Shown: positions 11,485 to 25,657, numbered from the stretch's first letter. The stretch: 64,000 nucleotides of DNA from Eledone cirrhosa (GCA_964016885.1 OZ024747.1:91884001-91948000); one strand, 5' to 3'. Program-made: numbers and translations. The notes: generated by a model from the sequence alone, not told the origin.

Positions 11485-12689
11485 CGATATTAAACAAATG
11501 GAAACTATATTTATAAAACCATATTTATTTCGTTATATATATATTTCAGGGATATCATATTAAAAATATGGTATGCCTTCCTCAGACAAAATACAATACA
11601 TAAGCTGTTTTATAAATAATTTTTGACATACCTTTTAAATAATGCAACTTCCATTTAAAAAGTTGATTTGGTAAACCTACTCCAGAAACTGTTGAGTGCT
11701 TTTATATCAGTTATAAAATATTTACTCGTTGTAACCCAACAATCTTAAATAAAACTTTTGCATATATATATATATATATAAACTCTATTGATTCGCCTAT
11801 AGCTTTTGGTCTTTGTATTTATTATTACTATATATGTATATATGGGAGGGGGGAGTGTGTATGTGTGCGCGTGTAAATACATATGTACGTATGTATATAG
11901 CTGTATTTGCTCTGTGTTCTCTGTTGTTCCAGTCGAAGGACTCGTATTGTACGCATGCCTACTGACAATTTTCCGCGTGGTTCTCTCTTTTCTGATCTTT
12001 TATCTCACATATCTTTCCAATGGCTTGATCTTTTTAAGGCCTTGTAAGATAAAATAAGTACCAAAATATAAGAAATAGGTATTGGGATCGATATATGTGA
12101 CCCACAAACGCACAGTCTAATTACTTAAATCAGTATATAGGTGTAATTGTGCAGGTAAGGTGTCCGCTTTGTAACCACAAGGTTTTCGAGTTATGCCCGA
12201 GTCTTTTCCACTGTTTTATTTCAGAAACGCATTGTCGGTAAAATATGGTGGATATAAATTGACTATATATGTATGACTATAATGCAATGACTATATATAT
12301 GTATGACAGTGAACCAGCTGAAGTTACGACTTCCTCAGCTTACGTATAAATTAAGGACATTTTTAAAGAGGCATGCTTTCTTTTATATTGTTCTTGAAAT
12401 ATAATATCATACCTAATGCTATTAGATGAAGGGGTTTAAATAAATCACCAAGCAGGATGAAATAATGTTTGTACTTCTTATACTATGGAGTAAGCTCTTG
12501 ATTGTGGAAATCATATTAAATTATTAAATTGCCACAATGAATTAATTTTATGTCCTCATATGTGAAATAACCTACTAAAACGTATAATGATATACTAATA
12601 AGAGCTGCATAATTTCTTATTATTTCAGATACTAATATTACGTGTCATTATCTTCATATATATATACAGAAAAAAGCGACAGAGAGAGA

Positions 12690-12720
12690 GAATGAAAGAG
12701 ACATGGAAAGAGAGAGAGAT

Positions 12721-12775
<55 letters not shown>

Positions 12776-12850
12776 GACATGGAGTGAGATTGAGAGATTG
12801 GGAGAGAGAGAGAGATAGAGAGACACAGAAAAACAGAAAGACAGACAGTC
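12690..12850. repeat. (GA)n/(GAAA)n purine tract
   Basis: Read directly from the sequence. Confidence 0.85.
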
Positions 12851-13142
12851 GGTAACGAAAAAGGAATGATTGAGTAAATGCGAATTAACTAGAAACTGCA
12901 TTCAATTGTGCTGGAATTCGACTGAAAGTCTGGAGAAGTTTAGTTTGGGTAAATAGAAACTAGGAGATATGTTTAAATAATTAATTATTAATTACATTGT
13001 TACAGGAATGTGAATTAATTACTCCTAGAGAGAAAGAGAAAACTATACCAATATCTAAACAGCGAAAACTTGATGTAGACAGATATTTAGACATACAAAC
13101 AAGTATATATATATATATATATATAGACATACAAAAAAGTGT

Positions 13143-13143
13143 G

Positions 13144-13226
<83 letters not shown>

Positions 13227-13229
13227 GTG

Positions 13230-13261
<32 letters not shown>

Positions 13262-13330
13262 CATGTTTCTGTGCATGTTTCTGTGCCTGTGTCTCTGCGT
13301 GTGTGTATATATTTATACATATATATATAG
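13143..13330. repeat. (TA)n(TG)n microsatellite
   Basis: Read directly from the sequence. Confidence 0.9.
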
Positions 13331-13728
13331 AATAATATGTCCTGTCTATTTGATTATTCACTTCCTTATTCTAAGTATGGTTCTCTTATTTCTTTCCATT
13401 CTTAATGAATATATATACATTATGCACACATATACAAATATATTTACACACACAATCACTTATACACAAATACTCATATATACGCACACCCATTCACATA
13501 TATTGATAGATATATAGATGGACACATAGATAGACATATATAGATGAAAGGAGAGAACAACTGATAGAATGAAAAATATGTAGGGGAACTGAGAAATGTA
13601 ATGTACAAATCAGAAATGAGGATAAAGTGAAAATATGCGCTTATATTAATTGACACATACTAATAGTTCGACCAACGGACATGTGACTGACTGATACGTT
13701 TTATTGACTAAATGGAAACAAAAACTAG

Positions 13729-13811
<83 letters not shown>

Positions 13812-13820
<9 letters not shown>

Positions 13821-14698
13821 TAAAACATGTCCATAGAATCACTAGATAAAATATATACCGTTTCCTCTCCCAATTAGCATAATTAACCATATAAAAATCA
13901 ATTAGACCAAGCTATAAGAATAAAGGCTCCTATGAAGAAATCTCCGACAAATAACCGAAAGTGACCCGTTGCAAAACATATATATATCTATGACTTTATT
14001 TATATATATATATATATGTAAACCTTTATTTGTAATAATCTCCCGTTAGGGTGAGATGCAATTTGGCTGTATTGGGCTGCACTTTCTAGCAAAAAGCCTA
14101 CTAGCCGTAAGCAACTAATCACATCCTTTCTAACTTGACCGCTGCAACGTCACGATTCTTAGCCATTTTTTAATGTATTCTTGGCGCGATCACTTTGGAA
14201 AATTAATTGTCTAAATTTGAGCTCTAGATATCTGATGATACCTGATGAATCCGAAGCTCTAGATATCCCATGTTATCGGATGTCTTAAAATGCGGACGAA
14301 ACCATGGTAGAGGTAATTAAATATGTACACATTTCTTCTAGTTTATTTTACACCTAATTCTGTTTAGTTGACTGTATTTCTGGTCGATTTATACATGCTG
14401 TAGAAATGTTCGATAAATACTCCGTCGTAACCTCCGCGAAGGGGCTGCTTTCGGTTATTTGTCGGAGATTTCTTCATAGGAGCCTTTATTCTTATAGCTT
14501 GGTCTAATTGATTTTTATATGGTTAATTATGCTAATTGGGAGAGGAAACGGTATATATTTTATCTGGTGATTCTATAGATATGTTTTATGATATATAGCT
14601 CTGATTATTTAATTTATTAATTCTTCATTGAGCCACAAAGTGACCCGTTGCAAAACACATATATATCTATGACTTTATATATATATATATGTGTAAAC

Positions 14699-14702
<4 letters not shown>
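13812..14702 (+). mobile_element. Non-coding PLE-terminal-repeat/retrozyme-like unit with direct terminal redundancy and an inverted 5' extension
   Basis: Direct repeat aaagtgacccgttgcaaaaca... at 13958 and 14637 (679-nt period); 13812-13961 is the reverse complement of 14448-14597; flanked by (TA)n; HHR core inside. Confidence 0.75.
14238..14316 (+). ncRNA. Type I hammerhead ribozyme, extended stem II, weak stem I
   Basis: CTGATGA (14242-14248), a-tccg...cgga-c, GAAA (14298), palindromic stem III ACCATGGT, GTA cleavage triplet; homologous to the clean copy at 40345. Confidence 0.6.
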
Positions 14703-14737
<35 letters not shown>

Positions 14738-14739
<2 letters not shown>

Positions 14740-14938
14740 AGTTTATCCCGGGTTCAATCGGAGGTAACCACAGTAAGTAAGGTACTCAATACAAAGCAGA
14801 GTATAAATATTTAATATAGAAAAGGCTTCTACAAGACTAGAACTGTTTTATTCGGGAGAAATCATTAGGGAGCCCTGATGATTTCTTCCGAATGAAACAG
14901 CTCTAGACCAGTAGAAGCCTTTTCTATATTAAATATAT
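14738..14938 (-). mobile_element. PLE terminal-repeat fragment folded back at an HHR
   Basis: Arms ~14808-14870 and ~14874-14936. Plus arm reads CTGATGA-tttcttccgaat-GAAAC...GTAgaagcc; minus arm reads ggctcc-CTAATGA...AAAAC...GTA-gaagcc. Confidence 0.7.
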
Positions 14939-15168
14939 ATATATATTTCGTTTCTGAATTTGTTTAGCAAGATTCTTTATCTGAAATCGTGTGTTGAAAC
15001 CGATATTGTTATACTTTGGGAGGGTCATGTTGCCAATAAGAAACACATGCACCACGTGCTTTCACTTCAATTTATTATATATTTATAAATTTATAAATTT
15101 ACAAATTTACAAACTTATAAATTTCTGGTTGGTTGGTTGGTTCCACAACCAGATAGTTGTTTATATAT

Positions 15169-15213
15169 AGTCATAGTCCTTTCGTCACACACTCTGTGAC
15201 CTCTTCAGTGACT
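15169..15213 (-). ncRNA. Minimal type I hammerhead ribozyme
   Basis: Reverse complement of 15380-15424. Confidence 0.8.
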
Positions 15214-15379
15214 GGGGATTCCTTTCTTTGTTTCTGTGCCTTTCCTTTCTTCTATCCTACGCCATTTTGTTTCAAACAAAATGGCGTAGGATAGAAGAAA
15301 GGAAAGGCACAGAAGGATAGAAGAAAGGCACAGTAGGATAGAAGAAAGGAAAGGCACAGAAACAAAGAAAGGAATCCCC

Positions 15380-15424
15380 AGTCACTGAAGAGGTCACAGA
15401 GTGTGTGACGAAAGGACTATGACT
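15380..15424 (+). ncRNA. Minimal type I hammerhead ribozyme
   Basis: Stem I agtca/tgact; CTGAAGA; one extra G; stem II gtcaca/tgtgac; GAAA; stem III AGGACT; CTA triplet. Confidence 0.8.
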
Positions 15425-15581
15425 ATATATAAACAACTATCTGGTTGTGGAACCAACCAACCAACCAGAAATTTATAAGTTTGTAAATTTGTAAATTTAT
15501 AAATTTATAAATATATAATAAATTGAAGTGAAAGCACTGGTGCGTGTGTTTCTTATTGGCAACATGACCCTCCCAAAGTAT

Positions 15582-15644
<63 letters not shown>

Positions 15645-15663
15645 GGTGTGTGGGTGGGTGTGT

Positions 15664-15735
<72 letters not shown>

Positions 15736-16500
15736 AATTGGGTAGGAAAGCACAGTCATCATGAATTGTTTCAAGGAGTTTAACAATATAAGAGTGATAT
15801 ATTGAAGGTATCTTCAAATCTGTGACCTGGTCTAAATGACACCGAAGAGCCAGGTGGTGCAGTTACAATGAACGACGATATATGTATGTCACCCAAGACT
15901 GCTACATTGGGCGTTGAACTGTGAACAAAGAAGTTTGGAATATATTCCACATGTAGGTCAACACAATAAGTATCACAAATATACCACCAGGATTGGGTAC
16001 TTTATTTTATCGACTATGAAAGGACAAAAGGCAAAATTGACCACGTTGTGACTTGAAGATATTCTGCAAGGAATTCTGTCCTATCAACTAACGATATTTT
16101 TAGTTCGCCACTAGTTATATATTTAAGTAAACTTAAGTATTCATTTGCTTACCATACGGAGAGTTAGGGAGGGCGAGATATATGTAGGCGATGACAGTGG
16201 GGGTTCGGTTCTTCCACGTTCGGACCATATCCTTGTGGTTGTGTTCATTAAGCAGTTAATGAGTCTGTTTACGTATAGACTCAGTAGAGTACATTGTGTA
16301 TATATCAAATGAAATTCCTGTTTTCTTACTTATTGATTTCAATGAGCATTCATGACTGTATATATGTGTGTTTTATAAAGGAACAAAAGTGAGCATATAA
16401 TACTTATAAATAAGCTAGAAAAAGAAAGGTTTTTAAAGAAACTTTAAAGACATATATAAACTGGTTTTCCAACAATAAGGGAATGGCAAACTATAGTATA

Positions 16501-17228
16501 TGGACGCAGTATCGGTAGAGGGTCGGACGCCATGCTTTCCAGCATAGTTACGTCCCTTTATGATCTGAGTTCAAATCCCGCCGAGGTTGACTTTGTCTTT
16601 CATCCTTACGGGGTCGATAAAATAAAGTACCAGTAATGCACTGGGTAATTGCTGGCCTTGTGCCTAAAGTAGAAACAATTATTTAATAATAATTGTTTCT
16701 ACTTTTGGCACAAGGCCAGCAATTACCCAGTACATTACTGGTACTTTATTTTATCGACCCCGTAAGGATGAAAAGCAAAGCTAACCTTGGCGGGATTTGA
16801 ACTCAGAACAGAAAGGGAAATAGTTCTATACGACAAACCGAATTGTTCGACGCTCTACTGATACTGCAAATAAATAATGTAAGCGAAATAATTGTTTCTA
16901 ATTTAGGCATAAAGACAACAATTTTAGAGGAGGGGAGAGTGGATTAAATCGACCCCAGTGCATTACTGGTGTTCTTTTATCGACACCGCGAAGCCTGGTG
17001 TCCGACAGTCTACTGATACGGCCAATCCACATTATTTAATAATAATATCGGTGGATTGGCAGTATCGGGAGAGGGACGGATGCCATGTTTTGCTACGGCC
17101 TTTTACAGCTTGAGTTCAAATCCCGCCGAGGTTAACTTTTCCTATCATCCTTACAAGGTCGATAAAATAAAGTACCAGTAATGCACTGGGATAATTGCTG
17201 GCCTTGTGCCAAAAGTAGGAACAATTAT
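16501..17228. mobile_element. Cluster of four family-1 SINEs: 16501-16680 (+), 16690-16870 (-), 16889-17030 (-), 17050-17228 (+)
   Basis: A/B boxes and the shared body; attatttaataataat recurs at ~16678, 17031 and 17225 (TSD of the last copy). Confidence 0.9.
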
Positions 17229-17815
17229 TTAATAATAATATCATATGAACGTAATAGATCCATTGCAAGTGGCATTTTTCGATGTACGTTTTAACATTTT
17301 TTTCGCTTCAAATTTTGCCGAGCCATTAATGAGATCGAACACTCTGTTTAACACGGAGTTAATCCCCGAAACATCAATTAAAAAAAGTGTAGTTACTCAC
17401 AATAATAACAGCAGCAGCAATAACAAATGTACTGATATTCTGCTTTGTAGAGATCTTGAAGTAGCTATTTAACATCGACATTCTTTGATATTGTTGAGCT
17501 TCAGCAATTCCTTCATACAACCATGAAAGCCGATAATGTAATACAATTATATTTGTTACTTTCACTTTCTCTCTCGTGTTGCGAATGTATTGAGTTTTTA
17601 CTAGACGATTTTCAGTTTCTGATATTAAGATAAATGAGTATTATTTTAAACCTTGACGATTCACTGGTTTATTTAATTAGCTTACAAATGACTAGATAAT
17701 TAGAGCAGCAAAAGTTGACATCGGAGGTTTCTACAGGAAATATATATAAGTATAGCAGTACAAATGCACAATCATACAAGCACACCCACTCATGCAGACA
17801 AAGAAACAGAACCGA

Positions 17816-17846
<31 letters not shown>

Positions 17847-17957
17847 CATGCATGCATATATATATATATGCATGCATATATATATATGCATGCATATTAT
17901 ATATATATATACATGCATATATATATATAAATACACATACATACATGCATATATATA

Positions 17958-18002
<45 letters not shown>

Positions 18003-18009
<7 letters not shown>

Positions 18010-18585
18010 CAAAAGATGGTTAAAAGAGTTCCATGTATTTTATTATACGCATTTCAAAAACAAATATCATCATGGGATGATATTTGCGTTCTCATCAGAT
18101 AAAATAGGGAGACATGATATGAAGCTTAAAAATCACTTGCGAGCAGTGAAGTGTTAAATCAACATATGAAAAATAAAATAAGAGGGATATATGAGATTGG
18201 AAAAAAGGAAAGGAAGGGGGGAAGTAAAGGTAAGGAAGAGGAAGAAAAAATATAGATAGAAGAAAAAAAAAATAATAATAAGGAAAGGATGACGGATGAG
18301 GAGTATAAGAAGGAAGGATGAGAGAGGAGGAGAAAATGAGTGAGAGAGAGAGAGATAACCTTTAATACTGAGAAACACTGTCTCACAGAGAGAAATTTAA
18401 AAAACCGTTGTAAGATAATACATAATTTAAATAAAATTAATAAATTAAAAGTTAATGAGGTTTATGAATGGTGATGCTTATGATTAAAGAAAAAGGAATT
18501 AAGAATACTATTTATTTAAGATTTATATATTGAAGGGTTTAATAAGATGTGTTAAAGGAATTTATTAAAATGTATTATTAAAATG
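18003..18585 (-). mobile_element. Solo terminal repeat of the Naiad-like PLE family
   Basis: Colinear with 51740-52325; 3' end abuts a (TA)n array. Confidence 0.88.
18036..18106 (-). ncRNA. Type I hammerhead ribozyme, long stem II
   Basis: tattttat-CTGATGA-gaacgcaaatatcatc ccat gatgatatttgttttt-GAAA-tgcgta-TA-ataaaata; 8-bp stem I. Confidence 0.85.
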
Positions 18586-18633
18586 TACTATTAATGCATT
18601 GCTTTATTGTGCTACAATAAGACTCACCTCCTA

Positions 18634-18694
<61 letters not shown>

Positions 18695-18917
18695 AAGAAT
18701 ATTTTCGAAACAGCGAGTGGGTTTGAAATTATTAGAAATGTAAGCTATCGCCGTATTTTGACTAAAGAAATTAAAGAAATTATTTAGCCTGATAGTGGGG
18801 TTAAGAACCCTGGGAGAAATGGAAAAAGATGAGTATTGACGTACATGTACGTCAATACTCATCTTTTTCCATTTCGTTAATTTCTTTAGTCAAAATACGG
18901 CGATAGCTTACATTTCT

Positions 18918-18925
<8 letters not shown>
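18695..18925. mobile_element. Fold-back repeat fragment containing a perfect 60-bp palindrome (18816-18875)
   Basis: Outer arms ~18728-18774 and 18877-18923; same family at 27535-27777; sits between TA/TG microsatellites. Confidence 0.75.
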
Positions 18926-18968
<43 letters not shown>

Positions 18969-19565
18969 GTATAGGATGTCTACCTGTTATTATTCATTCT
19001 TTATATATATATATATATGTACGTAAACTATATTTTATTAAAATGGGAATAACTGCTAACGATAAGGTAAATAATCTTAAAGGTATTAGAAGATGATGAT
19101 GATGATGATGATGATGATGATAAGCCTGACAAAGGTGGTGTATTATGGATAATAATATTAATGTTGAATCTGGCGTTAGACTACATTTGAAAAGTTGAAA
19201 TTAAATAATCTGCTATCAACTGCATCAACTGTAGAACGTGTTTGTAGAAATGGCTTGAAATGATTTGCTTTTAGCTGCGGGAAATAAAAAAAAAACAAGT
19301 ATTAATGTTGCCTTTAAAATGTTGAGTTGAATCATGCGAAGCAATATTGCTCTGTATCGATTTGAACGCTTTACACTTGAATAATCAATTGCAATTTCAA
19401 TCATTATGTATGATATTTTATTAAAACAGAAACTACTCCTCTCCGCAGACACAACCTTTCAAGAAATATATAAGGTAATATTAGTGACACATTTAAATTT
19501 GTTACTTTATAATAACACTACTAGCTATAAAAAAATGGATTATTATTCATGATGATTTCGCAATA

Positions 19566-19609
<44 letters not shown>

Positions 19610-19682
19610 ATAATAATAAATTTGAAGACTGAAATCCAAACTTTAATCTTAAACTTTAATCTGTTATTTAATCTGTTATTTA

Positions 19683-19721
<39 letters not shown>

Positions 19722-19726
<5 letters not shown>

Positions 19727-19920
19727 GAGGGGGTGAGGTAAGATACGAGATGGACCATAACGCACCAGATTACTCGATACTTGAGGTAGTAGAGTGGGTA
19801 ATATGAAAAGATTCAGAATCCTGACGGCTGAGCTCCGGCTGTTTCGACAGCTAGATCCGAGCGTTCTGATTTAACTGTCGAAACGGCCAGAGTTCAGCCG
19901 TCGGAGTCCTGAATCTTTTC
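19722..19920 (-). mobile_element. PLE terminal-repeat fragment; hairpin 19805-19920 made of two HHR 3' halves
   Basis: Both arms read stem II-GAAAC-ggcc...gcc-GTC-; hinge gacagctagatc...gatttaactgtc; same family as 27251-27415. Confidence 0.7.
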
Positions 19921-19944
19921 CTATATATATATGGGGGGGGGGGG

Positions 19945-19990
<46 letters not shown>

Positions 19991-22900
19991 AAATGTTTAG
20001 GAAATCAAATAAAATGTTTCTGCCTATACAGTACATGCATGCAACAAACCAGATGCTATTACAAATAATTTAATGACAAATATTAGCTTACGCTTATCCA
20101 ATATTCTATCTTACGTTAATAGAATGGATTCATATGATGGGTTTAATGGAAAGATTACTTACTTAAATTAGACACAACCTGCTCAATTATACTTGTAGAG
20201 CTTCTAGTTGCTAGAGCTTCTTGTTTGAACAAGAAGCTCTAGCACCACTTTATTGAAAAATATTTGATATTTAGAAGGCATAAATATTAGAAACCTTTAA
20301 AGCATTTGGAATATATTAAAATATGGCACACCGTATCCTCATTGATTTTCGAAATTATATAGATTTTAATATATTATACCAAATAAACCTTTGTTACAAA
20401 ACAAGATGACATTTACAAGTAAAAATAATATGAATAATTTATTTTACGATGATGATTATTCAGATATTTTGCTTGAACAACAGTCAATATCATTTGAGAG
20501 GGGCAGAGCAAGAGATTATAGAAAATGTTGCAAAATATGCAGTGAAGTATTTTAAATGAACTGTCTGAAAATAAAATAGAAAATAACTACCATCTCGAAT
20601 AAATTAGAACAATGAATATAGTATTATCGAAACAGGTGACTATTTGAAATTAAATAAAAATAAAATTACTAAAGAACGTTTAGTTGAAATATCTTCTTCG
20701 TCTTCAAGCTTTCAATATAACTTAACAGTGATGTATCTGGATAGAGAGAGACATGAATATCAGCGAACGGAAAGAAAACAGAAAGAGGGAGGAGCGTATC
20801 TTCAAATAACATATAGGCAATATCTAATGCAGAAAATTAGAAATTAAATATCATCTATCGCATAACGTAAATTAGAGTGAATACGTAGAAGCGTCATAAG
20901 AAAAATATAATGATTCAAGATTTAAAGAAAATATATAAAGCTGAATCTCTAATATAAGATTCTCCTCTGATACAATGTAGTACGATAACTGTATATTTTA
21001 CCATAACCACTTCAGTAGTCAATCACTTTAATATATGAATTACTCTATTTAACCTATTACATATACGCTTTTACAATATACATTTCCTCCATAATTTACT
21101 TAATGGGATAAAGCTTAGGAAACTTAAGATATGATTGGATTGTCTATTATGTAAATTCTAACTACATTGTTCCCCTGTGTTCGTTAAATTTTACCTCTCG
21201 TTGCTCAATAGAACCAGATAATGCTCAAAAAAAGTTTTTTTAAGAATATATAAATATAGCAATGTGTCTATTTTGTTACTAGTGTATCAATCGCTTTTTG
21301 ATTCGTAGTATTCCTTTTCTTTCCATACTTATAACACACTGAGTGTTATCTTCACGTGTAAGATTGTAAAAATATCTTTCAAACTTTGATTCATTTTGTG
21401 CCCATGAATAAAATATTTCTAGTGATTTCTTTTCCAATGATGTGCATCAAAATAATTCAATTTTACTTCCTAGTAATTTACAAATATTCGGGGAATATAC
21501 AGATATTATTTTGTAGTTCTATGTTTGATAAGTGACTTGCGTTTGTTTTAGCTAAAGCTATAAAATCTTATAAGAATCATGGTAGCAATTTAAAACATAA
21601 AAATATTTTCATATTTATATTTTTCCGTAGGTAAAATATATTAGGATTAGCCAAACATTTTTATTTAGAAAAGTTATCATTGTAAAAATACCCTCATTTT
21701 CTGCCAGCGAGGTGATTGACAACTAAACGTTTTTTTGTATGAAACACAAACCAAATGAAATAAGAAATCTAATTTGGAGAAGTACGTATTCGCCGACAAT
21801 ATTGTTAATTCATATATTATTTTAAACAATACAGTGTATCTCAATGTCTACGTACCGAGATATAGAAAAACGTGTTTACACTTGTTTATTTTTTGCAAGG
21901 TAGCCAATAACTTAGAAATTGTAGATATAACTTCATTAATATTTTATATTATCCGATATACGACAAGAATAATTAATGCAACTAGATAAATGCATGCAAA
22001 CACAGATATCGAACTCGTCATGATCCATTTAACTTCGATCGCTAAAATGTCGAAAAGAAACTGTTCACAGCCACATAGAAAATACTAATAAACTCACACA
22101 CAAGTGTTCTAATATATACATTTGTTCTAGTTTGACTACTGTTAGAAAATTAATGTTAATCAATAAAAAGTGAACATTAATGAATACTGTGTCGAAAATA
22201 TCCACTATGTTTCTCTAGAAAGAAAATTGGAAGATGTTGCTCACGTTTTAGGCAAAACAATGAACGAGAAAATATAAATCACCTTCAATATATTATAACA
22301 TACTGCATATAAGTGTAGAAAGGTAAGTTAAGATATATTTTGAATAAGAGATTAGATGGAGAATGTGAATGCTTCTATTGCGTGAAGAAAAACTGGAAAA
22401 GAAACTATAACATTTTAAGAAATAATCTATTTGGGACAAAGGTGAAAGTGAGTTACTTCAAACAACAAAGTCACATGAACTAGAACAGTTTTGAAACTGA
22501 TAAAAATAAAACCAGGTTTTCGGATTCTAGTTGGTTTTTTCAATGGATATATAAAGTGACTATAATATGTAAAATAGTGAAATAGGAAGTCTTAATATTT
22601 TCTTTATAAACTCATTTAGTTTTAAATATTCTCATGTTATTCTAAAGATGTTGACTTTTTACATAAGCCATAAAAATGTATAGTGTTTTACTTTCATATG
22701 TGTTGGTGAAAAAGATTGAATATTGATAATGTGTTAGTAAATCTTCTATGAAACGTATACGAATGGAAACGTACTTTTGTATCTGATAGAGTACAGTGAT
22801 ACATCCTATGTATGATAAAAGTTATATAAAGTTTAAATGTTTGTTGAATTTTGAAAGCTTTCTGAATCGTATATCAATATCTACGTTTTGTAAATATCAA

Positions 22901-24004
22901 ACTAGGTTATAACAGATTTAAAATTAGTAACGTATAAAATACACCAAACATGTCCTATATTTCCGTAAGGAGCAGTTTCTGACACTTTTCCTATTAAAAA
23001 AAAAACAGTGTACATATTCAAACGGATCACAAAACTATTCAATATTTTTGTTAAGCTAGATCATACTTTATTGATTCGCAGATAAAGAATATCGTAGAAG
23101 TTTCTAAGATATCAGACATCTGCTACTGGTGCAGATCGGTAAATCAATAAGATGAATTGATTTCTATAGCCGTTTTAAAACCCCGATTTCTTTTACTTCT
23201 CAACAAAAGATAAGAAGTGTGAGTTAAAATGATACCTTATGGAAAAGTTGGTACCTTTTCAAGAAAAGTGTGTACATACATATCTTGAAAAATTATTATT
23301 TCTTTTAAAATGTCACAAATTATTTTCGTGAAGGTTACTAGGTTATTTTATGAAATAATTATACACAAAAATTTACTACTGAGAAAACTGCATCACTTTA
23401 ATCTAAATCCCTTGGATAAACAATAAAAGAAATGGGCAACTTTCCGGTTTTTATATATTTCTATCAATATACTCAAAGCAGTCAGTATCATCACGTCGAT
23501 TTCATTCTAAGGAATATAAAATAGAGTGAGATGTTTGAGAAATAAACTTGCAACGGTTATGAGTAAAAAGAAAAAAGTTACTAATAAAAAAGCTTCGTTT
23601 AGAAAAAAATATATAGATTAATTACACGCATATATACAACTATACAAACATACACTCACACATTCATATATTCATATATATATATATATGTATATATATA
23701 TACATATATATAATATATATATATACTATATATATACATATATATACTATGTATATACAAATATATATTATATATGTATATATACTATATATAAACATAT
23801 ATATGTATTATATATATGTATATATACTATATATATATATACATATATATAGATATATAGATATATATATATACATATATGTATATATACTATATTTATA
23901 CTTATATACACATATATATGTATATATATACATATATATACATATATATGTATATATATACATATATACATATATATATATATATACATATATGTATATA
24001 TACG

Positions 24005-24065
<61 letters not shown>

Positions 24066-24344
24066 CAAATATGTATATATACTATATATTAACATATATA
24101 TATGTATATATATACTATATATATACATTTATATATCCTATATATATATACTATATATATACTATATATATATATACTATATATATATACATATATATAT
24201 ATACTATATACACCTTGACCGACCAGTCTGACGGGCGCCAATCGGCGTCGCTGGTGACAGCACGATATATTATATATATATACATATATATATACTATAT
24301 ATATACTATATATATATACATATATATGTATATACTATATATAT

Positions 24345-24636
<292 letters not shown>

Positions 24637-24639
24637 TAT

Positions 24640-24985
24640 TCTAGGGTGGGTAAAATTCCTGAGATCCATGGACGAGTTCTCTCTAGCGGTCTCTGTTCCT
24701 CATTATCGCTGCCATGTCCAGCATCTCCAACAGACCAGTGTCTGTCCTTAGGGCATCAACATACGTTAACCTTTGTCTTCCTCTTCCAGTGTGTCCATGT
24801 AGGGGCTCCCACAGGAGCACTGAGTGCAATGTCAACTCTGGATGTCGGGGAGCATGTCCAGCTAACCTCAGTCTCCCCTGTGTCACTTTTGAGCTGAATT
24901 TTGGGAGGGTCCCAAACAGCTCTGACATTTTTATCCTCAGTGTATACTGATTAATGTTCAGAGCCATCCTCAGCATTCTCGTATA
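24640..24985 (-). mobile_element. 3' fragment of an RTE/RTE-X clade LINE
   Basis: MLRMALNI...[11 protein letters not shown]...[28 protein letters not shown], typical of an RTE-group ORF C-terminus. Confidence 0.8.
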
Positions 24986-24992
24986 TATTCAC

Positions 24993-25099
<107 letters not shown>

Positions 25100-25314
25100 T
25101 ATGTGTACATATATATACTATATATATACATATATATGTGTACATATATATACTATATATATATACATATATATGTGTACATATATATACTATATATATA
25201 TATATACATATACATGTGTATATATATATATACTATATATATATATATATGCATATATGCGTACATATATATACTATATGTATATATATATATACATATA
25301 TGTGTACATATATA

Positions 25315-25359
<45 letters not shown>

Positions 25360-25614
25360 TGTGTACATATATATACTATATATATATACATATATATATA
25401 CATATATGTGTACATATATATACTATATATATATATACATATATGTGTACATATAAATACGATATACATATATACACACATATGTGGTGTACATATATAT
25501 ACTATATATATATATACATATATGTGTACATATAAATACGATATACATATATATATATATACATATATATATACATATATATATACATATATGTGTACAT
25601 ATATATACTATATA

Positions 25615-25657
<43 letters not shown>

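Larger units (their letters stand above)
14946..15589. mobile_element. Palindromic (head-to-head) copy of the Neptune-like PLE terminal repeat
   Basis: Arms 15003-15272 and 15274-15589 around a single C at 15273; nearly identical to 54693-55018 with the same 3' end (...cagaaacgaaa). Confidence 0.88.
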
